The notes beneath the pieces are model-generated. The model was not told the DNA's origin. It saw only the letters and a list, made by a program, of their open reading frames with translations, and made no database searches. A stretch of 64,000 nt of DNA from assembly GCA_964270895.1 (NCBI GenBank), contig OZ185435.1, one strand, 5' to 3'. The position numbers and the translations under genes are program-made. Each line of letters opens with the position of its first letter. Within the stretch, counting starts at the first letter, position 1. The DNA comes from Podarcis filfolensis (taxonomy: Eukaryota). This document shows, piece by piece, positions 22,798 to 36,289 of this stretch.

Positions 22798-25700
22798 TAT
22801 AACAAGTTTTATTTATAATTTCTATTGCTTTTTTTATTAGCGTGCTACATTTCTGACCCCATTAATGCTGGAGAGCCAAGCTGGAATAGTGGCTAGAGAG
22901 TTGGGCTTGGATGTGTTAAATTCAGGCACAAATCCAAGCTTGGCTAGGGAGAATACTGGATGGCTTTGGGCAAGCCATCTCTCATGTATACCTTTGTCCG
23001 CCTCCCCAACTTCGCAGGCCTGTGGGCTTCTTCTATGAAGTACTGAGTGCCTTGGCAGATGGATGGAATACAAATACCATGAACCATAGCCACACTGTGA
23101 GGTGCTTTGGTGGTGTGCAGGTCACTCAGTGGCTGTCCAAGCAAAGAAGGATAGATTGTGCTGTTATCAAGTTTTCAGTAATGAAAGCTTCTAGGGCTGG
23201 AAGCGAGGAACTGTTAAGTGGTGTGTATTAAGACCAAGTGAAAGATGGCAACCATTTGTAGGTCGGTTCCTATAGTTCTTATTTGGGTATTTATTTGCTT
23301 TTAAAACCAACCTCCTGATAGTTGTTAACTCAATTTTAAGAACACATTCCAGGGAAAGAAGCTGCCAGGGAGAAAAGTTAACTGTTAGCTAGCTTTTCCT
23401 AAGCTATCTCTTATCTAGGAGGAGTTTTACATGTGCCTCCCAGCTAAGAGTCCCACACAGGTGGCTTCTCATCTAAGCTCTGAAACCACCTTCACAGTTT
23501 TACATGGTTCCAACCTGGCAAAGGTATACAATCAAAAGGATAAAGAAACTTTAAAAAAGAAAAATAAGGTGAAACAGTGAATGAGTAAAAAAAAAGCAAG
23601 CTCAAAATTACAGAGATGGCCTGCCAAGCTCAAAAAGATTTTTTGCTGTTTTGCTGAACTCCACTGGGAAGTATGTAAGCTTCTCGTCGAAGGGCCGCAG
23701 CCTACCTCAGTTCATAAATCATTTGTCTTCAGTGTCATGCTTTCAGTTTTGTATCACTTTCAAAACAGCTTCCACATCCTACCAAAGAGATAACAGTATT
23801 GCATTAATTCCTCAGAGTGTGTGTAGATAAGCATGCACACATATGCTTTCCTTTTGCAATTCTGTGCACTTGGAATTTTATGCAGATTGTGGAAGGAGGC
23901 GTAGAATTTGGTCCCCCCAAAATCTCTTACTTGTGTCTTGTGTTCATGAAAATCTGTTTTAAAACAGTACTTGCCAGGTATGTAAACAGCTCCTTTGTTC
24001 ATGCAGTGGAGCATCTGTCTTCTTTCTACATGGTCACATGTCTATTCCTTATGTCTTCCATTTTCCTGCGTAAAGGTTGTTCATCTACTCCTTTCCCCAT
24101 GATCACACACACTAAGATAATAAAAATGAAAACAGGGTTTGGAATGAAATATCAAGGCAAAAGAAGCCAGTTTTATTGACACACATAACTTGTGCTTTGT
24201 AGCCCAAAATCTTCCTTTTTAAAAATTAGTTTAAACACGCCTTAGCGCATTAGTTTGTTCGAATTACCTAGATTTTAGGATAGTGGAATTTACTTAGTTT
24301 GTGATGTTTTATGGAGAACAGTTGACTTGCAAATTGCTTTGATGCCAGTGGCCGGTGAACAGTGCGGCTTGACAGCTACATGAAGGGAGGACTGAGGGGG
24401 TCAGAGAGGCAAAATCAAGATTGTCTTAGGACATGGGTACGGAACTGGGACTGGCTGGAGGGCCAGTTAGTTATTTCCACTACCTCTTGTGCATAAAGTT
24501 TGGCAGATGGGCGGGATCACCCACCTGCCCGTCATCCAATGTCACAATGTTTGTTTGTTTGCTCTGCATACATCACAAGAGTGCTTTGAAAAGTACAGTG
24601 CAAGACCCTCTTGAGAAACCACAGCAAAATCTGACAATCGGTTGATTCTTGGGTGTTGAGAAACCAGTTTCAAATTGCTGTCTTGTACAGCAATTTGCAG
24701 GGGGCTCTCTGCAAGACCCAACAACCAGCTGCTAGCTCTCTTTGCATAGAGGGTTGCAGGAACAGTTGATCAGCAAATCCACTTTTGACTGAGCCAGATT
24801 TTTACCTGCCCCACACCTGATGATGCTGGGTGTAGCACAGGTGAGTGGTCTTGTGGGCCAAATGGGGTAGCTTGGTGGGCTGGAAGTTCCCTGCCTCTTC
24901 CTTAGAATGAAGGGAATCTGGTTGACTTTGAATGAAGGGACTCCTGTGCCTTTGGTGACATATGGTTTTATTGACACATATACTGTATACTGATTATACA
25001 TGAGATGGACAGGCTCACAGCATCAGCATGCTAACAGATACTGCTACCCACTTAGATTTCTAGAGGGCTTTTCAGGGTCCTAGGGCCCAACAAAATCAGG
25101 CCTGTGTGTGTTCCCAGCTAGGCTTGGGTCAAGTTTTCTCTTATACTCATTGGGAGGAGTTCACTGTTGCACTGACTGAGGTGATTATTCCATCAGGACA
25201 AGCATTTCAGTTTCCAGATGGAACGATCCGCTTTCTCCTACTCCTATATGCTGTTCCTGGGGTTCTCCAAACCCCCAGACAAATTTCAGGGCGTATGGAA
25301 AGGAGAAGGGGGGGGGGGAAGTTCCATTGTGTAAGTGGGACAATTAGCTGAATGCTGCCCATTTCAGTGAGTGAATCGGTATAAGCAAAACAGCTACTTC
25401 TCTCAGTGGCCCAACCACCCGCCTGCCTGGCTCTCAGAACATGCTCTGCTGTGCAATCTGTAAGGCAGGGGAAGCTTAGCCCACCCAGCCCACATCTGGT
25501 GCCATACATGACATCAGGTATGTGATGGGCAAGGGTGCGGCTTGGAAGGAGCAATCAGGAGCCTAAAGCTACCCTGTGCGCTCCCAGTTCCCCATCACCT
25601 GATGGGCCTTCAAACCCTCCTCCTTGACGTTTATCCTTAAAAGCATAGAGATGTATGTTTTCAATGGAAGTGCACATTTTGATATGGAGCAGAATTCAGC

Positions 25701-26971
25701 CTTCAGGGTTACTGAAATTTTGCAAAATAAAATGGTTATATCCACTTCAGGCATACGATAACTGCAAGGGCAATATTCTCTAAGTAAAATAAAAAATTGC
25801 AGATCTTTGTTACAATGTTATGATTTGTAATGTTATGCTTTTTTCTGTTTGCAAAATAACTAATGTTTTTGTTACAACATGCACGCGCACGCACACACAC
25901 ACGCACACACACAAACTCTACATAGGATGAACACTACAATTTAATTCAACTTGTAGAAGTAATTTTGTTCACCATTCACTTGCAAAGCATACACTGTATT
26001 CTCAACTGCTGCTTCTGTTTAGGAAACATCTTTTCAGAAGTTATAGCACATTTCTCTTGGAATATAAAGTAGTTTCAGTATACTTAGATTGCTTTGGAGT
26101 AGATCAGCAAGTCGTTACAGCGAAAGCTTTCAAGAGGCAATACATTAGGAAAAAAGCAGCAGTAGAGATACCTGTAGAGAGCACCAGGCGTGCCCTAAAG
26201 CAATAGACAATAATTAGTTGCCTTATTCCCATGCAAACTCTCCCAAGTGTTGATGTTTATAAAATTCAGAGATCAGTGGAATATCGTCCTCAAACTCTGC
26301 CTGCTGAAGTTGTTTACGCCCATTCAATTTTTAATATACCTATAAGATGCTTTGATGAGGGCACTTAGCCCGGAGAGACTTGCATACTTTATCACACCTC
26401 TAGTGATTCCCACCCCCCAAGAAAAAAAGTAAGAGGAGTTGATCAGAGTATTCAAAGTTCTGACTTACACTTCAGAATTAATAACAACATATTAACAAAG
26501 TGTTTCCTAGGGTTTCATCTTCCAGTTTCAATGATTGAATATGATCTTTGTAGCTTCCAGTGTGGCTGGAGTGTGAAGTTCCTGCTGTCAACAATATCTG
26601 CAGTGGTAATGGCTGCCCACTGTTTGTGGATATCTGATTTGTTAATTATTAGGTTCCTGCTTCAGCTGAAGTAAGAAATCCTGGAGTCTTCCATGTGACT
26701 TGACATCCTATAGCAGGATACTATAATTTGTGTAATTTGCTCACTGTGGTTTGGTAAGGATACATTACTTGAAAATAGTCCTTTAATTTTTTTTAAAAGG
26801 CTATTTTTCTGTCTGTTCTGCAAACACGTCAGTATTCTGATTGTCCCTGTTTACAAGTCTCCTGTGGAGACTGTGGAACCAACTTTTCCTCAGTGTTGCA
26901 ATATACAAAGACTCCTGGTATAGATGGCACTGGCAGGGGCTGTCAATCAGAGTAGCAACCTGATTGCTGGT

Positions 26972-27245
26972 TTGTAGTGATGGCCACCATCTTGGATGGC
27001 TTTAAAAGAGGATTGGGCAACTTTGTGGATGGTAAAGCTATCAGTGGCTTCCAGCCATGATGGCTGCGTACAGCACTACAGTATTGAAGGTTTTCTCTGG
27101 ATGCTGGTTGCTAGGAAACACAATTGGGGACCATACTCTTGAGCTCATGTCCTGCTTGCAGATTTTCCATGGACATCTGGTTGACCACTGTGAGAATGGG
27201 TTGCTGAACTAGCTGGACCTTTGGCCTGATCTAACAAGGCTCTGT
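26972..27245 (+). mobile_element. CR1-clade LINE 3' end (old subfamily)
   Basis: gtagtgatggccaccatcttggatggctttaaaagaggattg...ggttgaccactgtgagaatgg...ggacctttggcctgatctaacaaggctct. Confidence 0.65.
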
Positions 27246-27374
27246 TTTTTGGGAAGAGAGAAAAACCAACCACTGCTCTGTTGTGTATAAAATTGAAGGA
27301 GAATTTCGTTTGGAGAATAAAGCCTCTGCGTTCTCTATCCCATTCCACATGTTCCAAAATATTATTTAACCCCC

Positions 27375-27494
27375 AAGGGGGGGGAGAACATGTAGCCCTC
27401 CAGATGTTGGGACTCCCAGTTCCCAGCATGGCCTGTGGTCTGGGAAGGGAGTTGTAGTCCAGCATCATCTGGAGAATCATAGGTTTCTCACCTG
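27375..27494. mobile_element. Small hAT-type MITE
   Basis: ggggagaacatgtagccctccagatgttgggactcccagttccc...gggagttgtagtccagcatcatctggagaatcataggtttctcacctg, with internal inverted symmetry. Confidence 0.65.
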
Positions 27495-27626
27495 ATGCAA
27501 GCAGGGAGGGGAATTGGCTTTGGAGGAGGTGTACACTCAGGTGCATTTCCCGAAGTGCAATTGCTGTCTTCTTGTCTCCCTTCTAAAAATCACGACCCTC
27601 TAAAAATGCAACAGTGGATTCTCTTA

Positions 27627-27871
27627 CTGTGGTACGTTGGGTTAAGAACTTAACTCGTTCTGGAGGTCTGTTCTTAACCTGAAACTGTTCTTAACCTGAG
27701 GTTCCACTTTAGCTAATGGGGCCTCCCGCTGCTGCTGCTGTGCCGCTGCTGTGTGATTTCTGTTCTCATCCTGAAGCAAAGTTCTTAACCTGAGGTACTA
27801 TTTCTGGGTTAGCGGAGTCTGTAACCTGAAGCATCTGTAACCTGAAGCATCTGTAACCCGAGGTACCACTG
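27627..27871 (-). mobile_element. Tc1/mariner MITE (opposite orientation, internal 16-bp duplication)
   Basis: Reverse complement of the 12229 family, with TA flanks and one degenerate TIR. Confidence 0.9.
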
Positions 27872-28796
27872 TACATTAATGTCACTTTTACAGAACTGAG
27901 TTAGTGACTAGGTCTCAAAAAGCAACTAGGATAATAGCAATCCATTATGGAAGATGTTGCACCGTTGTCACTTTTTTCTACATGTAGGCACTGATATTAC
28001 TCTTTTCCACAAGCGTGGAGGACACCGCAACAAGAAGCAGCTCTTCTCTATGGAGAATTGCATGCTGACATGCTCAGAGATGCTCAGTCACATGACACAC
28101 TCCAAGGGTGCCTTCATAAAGGTACCTTAGTTATCTTATTCCTTTGAAAAGTAACATTAGTTGGGTCATTAGATAGCCACCAGATCTACTATGCAAAAGC
28201 TTAGGAGTTATTTATTTAGTTATTTATTAAATTTGTAGAAGACCCCATAAAATAAATAAATATATATTTATTTGAATGTTGCATCTTGCTCTACATCATA
28301 TTATAAGGGTTTAGTGTCATCAAAAAGCTGTGGCTTCCTCCACACACACCCAAGTGTACATGTGTTATTTTTGGTTTGTTTTCTGTACCTATTGTGAACA
28401 GGCATCATCCATGAAGAATTATTTAAAAAAAGATTTTGATAGTGGCATTGAACTAAGTAGCAAATGTTAACAACTGATGAATGATTTACATTTGTTCCAG
28501 CTGTGAACTTGTCAGCTGTCCTTTGCTTTCTAATAATAGGTGTTTCTTGATGGTTTTTGTTTGATTTCCAAGTATATGTCATTTGTTAACATTAAGCCCT
28601 CAACCGGCATATCCTGTGTAAAACTGGTATGCTAAAGCATAAACTCGACAGTTACCTATTTATATAGAGAAATATTATTTATTGGAGTTGGAGAAGCTGT
28701 ACAAAACCCTTCAGGGTTTTTAATTTTGTTTAATTAATATATTATTTTCCTAAAAAATCTTTTCTCCCTTGCTGGAAAAAACTTGTTGCCTGATTG

Positions 28797-28798
<2 letters not shown>

Positions 28799-28835
<37 letters not shown>

Positions 28836-28860
28836 TACACACACACACACACACACACAC
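28799..28860. repeat. (GT)n-ACGT-(AC)n inverted microsatellite (52-bp perfect palindrome, 28809-28860)
   Basis: Directly visible; centre gtac|gtac at 28834/28835. Confidence 0.95.
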
Positions 28861-29894
28861 CAATCTATCTTAATATTTTATTGCAGCAATATAATGTGTT
28901 ATAGAGGTGGACAAGGCTGCAGATTGAAATGTGGATCATCCAGATTGTTCCTTTCCCTAGACCATATGGTCTAGTTCTAAAAGCCTTTTGTACACTGTCT
29001 GTTCAGTTAATTGTAAACTCAGTCTTTAACATACCTAATAAAATATAAGTGGACAGATAGGCAAACTCTAGATATTCTTGGAGCACCCCGGGAATGTTAG
29101 CCATGTCAGTGTAAGAAATTTCTAGTCTCCTCATATTTGGTGAAGATTTATTGCCAGTGAACATCTTTGAATGTTGTTTTTTTCCCTATACATGAATGCA
29201 AACTTTCATGTTTTTTTGATCACTTACATTAGAAGCTCACGTTTCTATGGGCAAGAGAGCCATCGTCTCAATGAAAAATGCGTAAGAAAGAGAGAGGCTT
29301 TAATATACTACAGAACATTTCAGCGTAGTGTTATTCCTCCAGCAGACAGCCCTCTGCCAGTGGGTGATGTATGGTAACAAGTAAGATTTATGACAGATGG
29401 ATAGTAGGATTGCTAATACACCTACACAACTTCTAGCTTCTAGTGTTCTCTGTGCCTGATAGGTTTTGTCTTCACATCCTGTTCTTTTGTTGCCCTTTGC
29501 ATGGTCTTGAGACTATGAGACTGAGCATCTTAATTTGCTTTGTTGCAGATGGTGTATTCTGCTCTTGATTTAAGACAGAGTGCACAGAGCTAGACATCAA
29601 TAGCCATACTACATGCTTGGAAATAACCTGTATTAGCCATTGGCAAATTTATTAGTTCTGTAGCTTTTTAACTGCAAAGAACCCAAGGTTAGGAAAGGCT
29701 GCTGTAGACACTACTGAAACCATGGAGATGGGGAATGAATTTACAAAGTTGAGTACTGAGCACAGGGGGAAGAAAGCAATGAAGCCACTCTAAAGCATGG
29801 TTTGCTGGTTTTGAAGCTGAAACCATGGTGTGGGTATGGTTAGTACAAACTTCTGGGGTGAATTATTCTTATAGGTCCCAATTTATGATTAATC

Positions 29895-30065
29895 AGGGCA
29901 CAAGGAGTTCCTCCCATTGATTGCAGGGAGCGCATTTCTGCACCATTCTGTGCTCTTTTAGATGTGGCATCCATTTTGTGCTATGCTCTCAATACAGCCA
30001 TTTTGTGACTGCTGCCCACGGCACTCCCAGATGTGCCCCCTGGCTGAAAAAGGTTGGCGACCTGT
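29895..30065. mobile_element. hAT-type MITE fragment
   Basis: Ends gtgccccctggctgaaaaaggttggcgacc, resembling a hAT TIR; contains internal gccattttgtg repeats. Confidence 0.45.
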
Positions 30066-30272
30066 GATTTGTATAGCATTGTCAGCATTCATGGAGCTTT
30101 GCTTAAGTATAAGAGGGCATTTCTGAGGGAAGGAATCTTGCTTCTCTGTTACATAATGCCCCCTTGAAAGAGAGGAGAGGTGAGGAAATCATAAGCGGTC
30201 TGGGACTTTTGGATTGGATCAGAATTTGCAGCCTGGAATTGGTTTGGTTTTCCCCTTTCTTTCCTAACGGAC

Positions 30273-30920
30273 TATTTATTTTATTTATTGATTTATTAGA
30301 TTTAAATACTGCCCTTCACCAAAGGATCTCAGAACAGTTCAGAAGATAAAAATTTGAGATAAAAGCACAAATAAATACTGTAGTTAAAGAACCAACAAAG
30401 CAATACTTCCCCCCACAAACACATTTAAAAGGCCATAGAATATGAATCAGCCTAAGACCTGGTTGCAGAGGAATGTTTTTGCCTGGCGCCTAAAGATATA
30501 CAGTGGTACCTCGGGTTACATACGCTTCAGGGTACAGACTCCACTAACCCAGAAATATTACGTCGGGTTAAGAACTTTGCCTCAGGATGAGAACAGAAAT
30601 TGTGCTCCGGTGGTGTGGCAGCAGCAGCAGCAGGCCCCATTAGCTAAACTGGTGCTTCAGGTTAAGAACAGTTTCAGGTTAAGAACGGACCTCTGGAACG
30701 AATTAAGTACTTAACCCGAGGTGCCACTGTATAAGGAAGGCACCAGACAAACCTCCCTGTGGAGAGCATTTCACAAACGGGGAGCCGCTGCAGAAAAGGC
30801 CCATTCTTGTGTTGCCACCCTCTAGACCTTGTGTGGAGGAGGCAAACGGAAGGGCTTCAGATGATGAACATAGAGTCTAGGTCAGTTTATATGGGGAGAG
30901 GCAGTCCTTGAGGTATTGTG
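30273..30920 (-). mobile_element. L2 LINE 3' portion, interrupted by a Tc1/mariner MITE
   Basis: (ttta)n tail; gttttcgcctggcgcctaaag-like segment resumes as aaggcaccagacaaacctccctgtggagagcatttcac...gcagaaaaggcccattcttgtgttgccacc after the insert. Confidence 0.8.
30501..30729 (+). mobile_element. Tc1/mariner MITE nested in L2
   Basis: TIRs cagtggtacctcgggtt and aacccgaggtgccactg, with a TA TSD. Confidence 0.95.
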
Positions 30921-32494
30921 CCTGTAGCTGTCCTTGAGGTATTGCACGTGTAGTGATGACAAAAAGGTTCATGCACACCTTTTTCTCTGGATCAAACAAA
31001 AAATGCATTTTATTTCACTACGTTTCTTCCTGAAATGTCACTTTAGGAAGTCGTATAAATATCTGAATACCAGATGCTGAGCATGTGAAATTGCAGTAAT
31101 TTTTAAGCCATGCACAAAACTTTACTGGTTTATAACAACACCATTGATAAAACACCATTGAGAATGATTGGCTAGGTGAAAATACTCCTATGTGGAGTAA
31201 AGTTGCAACTTTCTCCCCACTTTCCTATTATTTTAACCTAGGTGAAAAAACATTTAATTGCTACTGTGGATATTAGATATTGAAAAACATACGACAGCTG
31301 CAGCCTGTTTTTCATGTTATGCAAAGGAACACATTATCCATTTTTCCTCTAAAGTGAGTAACCCAAGTTTTAAAAGAGAAAAAGCACCTGTTAAGCATGA
31401 AAAGTGAGAAATGAGAGAAACACAATTTGCTTGCTTCTTTTGAAACTTCCGAGCTCATCAGAGGTGTACAGATTTCTTGTTTTCATGTTCCATGTGTTGG
31501 CAGCAAGCGCACTCAGGAATGGACATTTTTCAGCCAGAAAATATTGGAGCCTCACAGTCTTATGGCATGTCATGCATGCCAGTAAAATTAGAGGCTTGTC
31601 ACATGTGCAAACACGCATCTTGATTTTGGTATGATGTCACTCTGAATCACATATGTATCTGTGGGCAGAAATCCAGACCCTGTTTACTACTGATTCATAG
31701 AAACTGAAACCGAAGGACCTGTGTGTATAACAATTTCAGTGTGCATGTGAGTGAGAAGATTCTTAGCAAGGTTTACAAGACCATTCTTGAATATACTTGG
31801 TTGGAACCAGCCTTAAACATGTTTTGAGTAGTGTCACTGATTTCAGAGGATCAGCTTGTGGTTAGTCTGAAGAGAGCTAAACCTAAGCCAAGCCAGGCCA
31901 TTACTTACCTCAATGCAACACAGCACCAGAATGTCAGTGGAGGAGCAAAGCTCTCCTGGAACCTGCACACTTCACACTAAACCATGGTTTAGCATGGCAT
32001 GGAAATGAGGCCACTGCGACTCTTTTATACCTCATAATACTCAACACAATAATGTCAACGCAGATCAAACATTTGCCTCTTTTTAAAGCAAAGGGACTTG
32101 TGCTTTGGTAGTAGCTCATTATGAGTAACCAGGAAAGTGCGCACTGCTTCGGGATAATCACATTTGCTTTGAAACATGGACTTGGTGGGTACAGTGGATA
32201 CCACTGCCTTCTTGAAGTAGAACTCCTAATTTCAAGTGCCCAAGGATGATTCCAGATGATAGTTTTTAAGCAAAGGTTGAAATTTAACTTTTAGTTATTA
32301 TCACTTCAATAATTCCTTTAGGAAGTGTTGCATGATTAAAGATGCACATTTCTCTTAAAGTGCACACTGGTTTCCAGTTCAAACATGTACTTCTCAGCTA
32401 ATACCTGTGACTGGCAAGCTCTGGGTAGGTTTCTGGCTTTGTTTTTCTAATGCATTGTGAGTATTTGTGAGCTACTAAGCTCTCCATCAGGTTT

Positions 32495-32668
32495 TTGATT
32501 CCATCTAGCTCAATATTGTCTGTTCTTGACTGGTGGTAGCAATCCAGGGTCTCAGACCGAGCATCTTTCTTGTGACTTACTACTTGACCATGTTAGCCAC
32601 AGATGCAAAGAGATGAACCTGGGACCTCCTGCATTCAAAGCATGTATCCTGCCACTGTGCTATGGCTC
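32495..32668 (-). mobile_element. tRNA-Ala-like SINE (decayed)
   Basis: The reverse complement begins gagccatagcacagtggcaggatacatgctttgaatgcaggaggtcccaggttca and ends gacaatattgagctagatgg. Confidence 0.7.
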
Positions 32669-34704
32669 ATGTGTGTGTCTCAACTAGGTAATTCTAATTA
32701 GGAAGTTTTTGTTTATAATTATGTGTTCAGGACAAGTGAGACAAAATGGCAGAAACATTTTATAATTAAAAAAAAACATTTTCTCAGTACTGGAGTTTTG
32801 TTTTTGTTTTTAAAAAACCCAGCAACCCCAAAAGATGGTAGTGGTCAAGTTATTTTTGTCCAGCTGCATGATAAAAAATAGATTCATTTACTTTGAAGTC
32901 CATAGGGACTGAAGAATTCAATGCATTAAAGAACTAAACTGAAAAACTGTGAGCTGAAAGGCAGCAAAACAAGAAATTCTCAACAAACATAACAGTGGCA
33001 GAAGTGCCTTGAAAAAAGGAAGACCCATCAGAAACAGATCAGGAATGAACTTGCTGGTTTCACCCCAAATCTGTGTTAGTGCTCCAAATTCTGCTGTTAT
33101 TCTAAGGAAAAGCACTATATAAATACAAGTTGTTGTAAGTGCCTATAAATGTGTTGAAATAATAGGGATAAGAATGTATGAAGCTTCCTCAAGGTCTTTT
33201 TAATGAAATCCTTTACTCCCAAGAAAATGCTGAATGCGTGGTACCAAAGCTTTGTGGTGGCTATTTTAAAATATAAAGGGAATTGTACACTGTGCGCTAA
33301 TTATCACCCAATTAAGAAGAAATAGCATGTTATGAGATTCTGGAGGAAGATTATTGAAAACGTCTGTGAAATAGTTGAAATTTGGAAGGGTCATTATGGT
33401 TTTATGCTAGGCTGGAGTACAGCAGATGCTATGTGTTGCTGTTTACACGCAAGTTATAGAAGGATTCAGAAATATTAGTTGCAGTTAGGTATGCTTTGTG
33501 CATCTGGAATTGATAGTTGCTTATGCATAGGGAAGCTAGTATGGTTGAGTGTACAATGAGTGTGTATTGATTAGTAATCCAACAGTTTGGATTTTGAATG
33601 TGAGGCTGAGGAAGAAGCAGGGTGAAAAATGTGTGCAGCCAAAACTAGCAAAGGGTCTACTGGTCTTCTGGGTCCGACAACTTTACATGCCCTGAAATGC
33701 CTTTTGGATGTTAAAAATGCAGGGATCATTTATTTTGATGCCTGTAGCAGGCTCCTAAACTTAGTTAAATCTCTAATCTGGGGAAAGCTACACCTGCTGA
33801 ACATCTGCCTCTTTTGCTGCTCTGAAAAGCACAGGAGCCTGTTGCATAGAACTTGTCCCCTGCATATGTGCAACAGGAGGCATCTTTCTAGATCAATGCT
33901 TTCCAAATATTTTTGCCCACGGACCAGTTGAAAATTGCTGAGGGTCTTATGGGACCGCTTAATGATACGTGAGTATGCATGGGATTGCAGTGTTGCTATG
34001 CATTGCCCACCATTATGTCAACCTATTGTTAACTGCTGGCTCCCTGTTGTTAGCTGCCCTGCCTCTGCCCTGCACTCCCCAGTGGGTACCAGTTGGTGCT
34101 GGTGAGCTCCTTGTGACCATGACAATATCTGAAGGGGACCACTGGTGGGTCTACATCAGATCTTAGCGCAGTGCCTTCTTGTTTACAGCAGTCATTCATA
34201 TGATAAGTGAAAGTATACAAAGAGAATATGACTGTTTCTAATGTATTGATATGCACTGAAGATTATTGGGACTTACTAATTAGTTTGAATCTGTAACAAA
34301 GGAACATTGACGATGTTAGAGTGAATATTAATAAGAACAAGGCTGATAATATCCTGAAGGTGACTTCAGGACAAGTTTAGAATAGTTGAACAATCTTGTT
34401 CATGTCTACTCATAAGTAAGCACCATTGAATTCAATAGGATTTTACTCCCATCTAAATGTCTACTGTATAGGATTTGCAACCTGATTATCATTTCAGTGG
34501 TAGCTTTTGACGATGATAACAATCTTTGAGGTGTCCAGAATAATACAAAAAAGATAACATTGAATGAACTCAAAAACTTTTGTTGGAAAATGCCTATAAA
34601 TCTTTAATTTGGAACAATTTTGTTTGTTTCCTCCCTCCCAAAAGCCAGTATTTGGAAAAATGCCGTGCCAGTGTGATGAAGAGGGCTAGGAATTGTAGCT
34701 ATTT

Positions 34705-35172
34705 TGACTTTATGGGATTGGCAGAATTGACTGGCAGAATCCATGACCAGGGAGAAGAATCGGCAGAAGAAGAATGGAAGAAATTCAAAGACTATTTGCA
34801 AAAATACTGTAATATTAAGGAATATTGAGTGATGTTGGATTGAAATTAAGGGGATATCAGCTGTAAGGTTATAAAAGAATATGAAAAAATAGTTCTTTTT
34901 TGTATATAAGTAAAAGTATAAGTTACAATAATTTAAGAAGATGGATAGAAAATAAGGCTTTTAGCTGTAATGCTATGAGATAAGGATTTGCTGGATGAAC
35001 AATTTGAACTGGAATACAAGAAGGGGAGGTATGAGGAGGTCAGGGAAATATGTTATTGAAAAATAAGATATGAAATTTATGTGTTTTTAATATTTTTTCT
35101 TTTTAATCTTTTTCCTTTTTTTCTTGGTTTGTATAAAATGGAAAATCTTAATAAATATCTTCTTTAAAAAAA
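34705..35172 (+). mobile_element. L1-clade LINE 3' end (ORF2 C-terminus, 3'UTR, A tail)
   Basis: Reading frame ...MGLAELTGRIHDQGEESAEEEWKKFKDYLQKYCNIKEY* resembles a squamate L1 ORF2 end. AATAAA precedes an A tail, and there is a perfect TSD (a)ggaattgtagctattt at 34689-34704 and 35173-35188. Confidence 0.9.
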
Positions 35173-36289
35173 GGAATTGTAGCTATTTGGCATTTTCACA
35201 TTTGGCAGCATGTTAATTATTGTGTTTTTAATTTTGTACATGAAGAAATACATAACACTTGCTTACCTCAAAGGGATAATGTGAAGTTTTATAATGCTGG
35301 CATAATTCCCTGGAGTCCCTGAGTGAAAGCAGACAACCAAACTGTTGTTAATAATAAATAAATAAAAGGAAAAGATAGAATATGACAAGCAGCAACACTA
35401 AACAAAAAATCTCTTCCTCCTCTCCAGATGAAAAAAGTGCATGCACCAAAAAAGTCAGTTCAAAGTTAGGTAGGCATTTGCTTATCAGTCGCCACCTTTT
35501 TATATAATTGAAGAATTGCATGATACACACTAGCCGTCCCTTTTTTTCCTCCGAAGATCCCGTGTTACATTTTAAGTCATAACAGTGGATCAATATTTTT
35601 TATATAGCCTTAACAATAATAGGAATTCCCTATTGTGCAGCCATAAAAACAAGACATTTTGCTGTCTATAAACCTTGCCTGTCTGTTTCCAATAGCGTCA
35701 AAGCGCTAATGCCTAGAGATGATGTACTCTGGGGTAGTAAGTCAACAAGTTAAAAGTCCACCAAACAGATGTCAAGTGCTTGTGTGTGAATTATGGGTGC
35801 TACATAAAACAGCAGTTCTATAAAAAGGCAGCCTGCTTCTTCATTTGGGAGAATGGGGACTGTCCACTCTTGTACCCTGCCCTGTATTGCTTAGATTGCA
35901 GCCAAAGTCTGTCTTCTTCCTTGAACCAGTAGCAAGTACAGTCAGTGCTTCTGTATCTGAAAACAAAGTACTCTATGCAAGTTGAGAAACATATGAGAGT
36001 GGTGAAGGTGGCCTGCACTGCCTGAGTTGGCCCTGTCTCTGTAAACTGTTAAGTTGCCCCTTTTCTGCATAGCTACGAGGATCCTACACAGTCTTCAGCT
36101 GTTCATTCCCTGGCCTATTCATGCACCCAGAGAAGCAGTAGAACCAGCCAGACCTCTAGCATCAAAAGTAGGACATTCACGTGCTCAGGGATTAGTAGTA
36201 ATGGTCTGTTCCTGTGCTGAATGTTCCCACCTAATGTTTTCACTGTGAAGGGGTGCCTAGAAGTAGCCAGTGATTGTGCATGTTGCACC

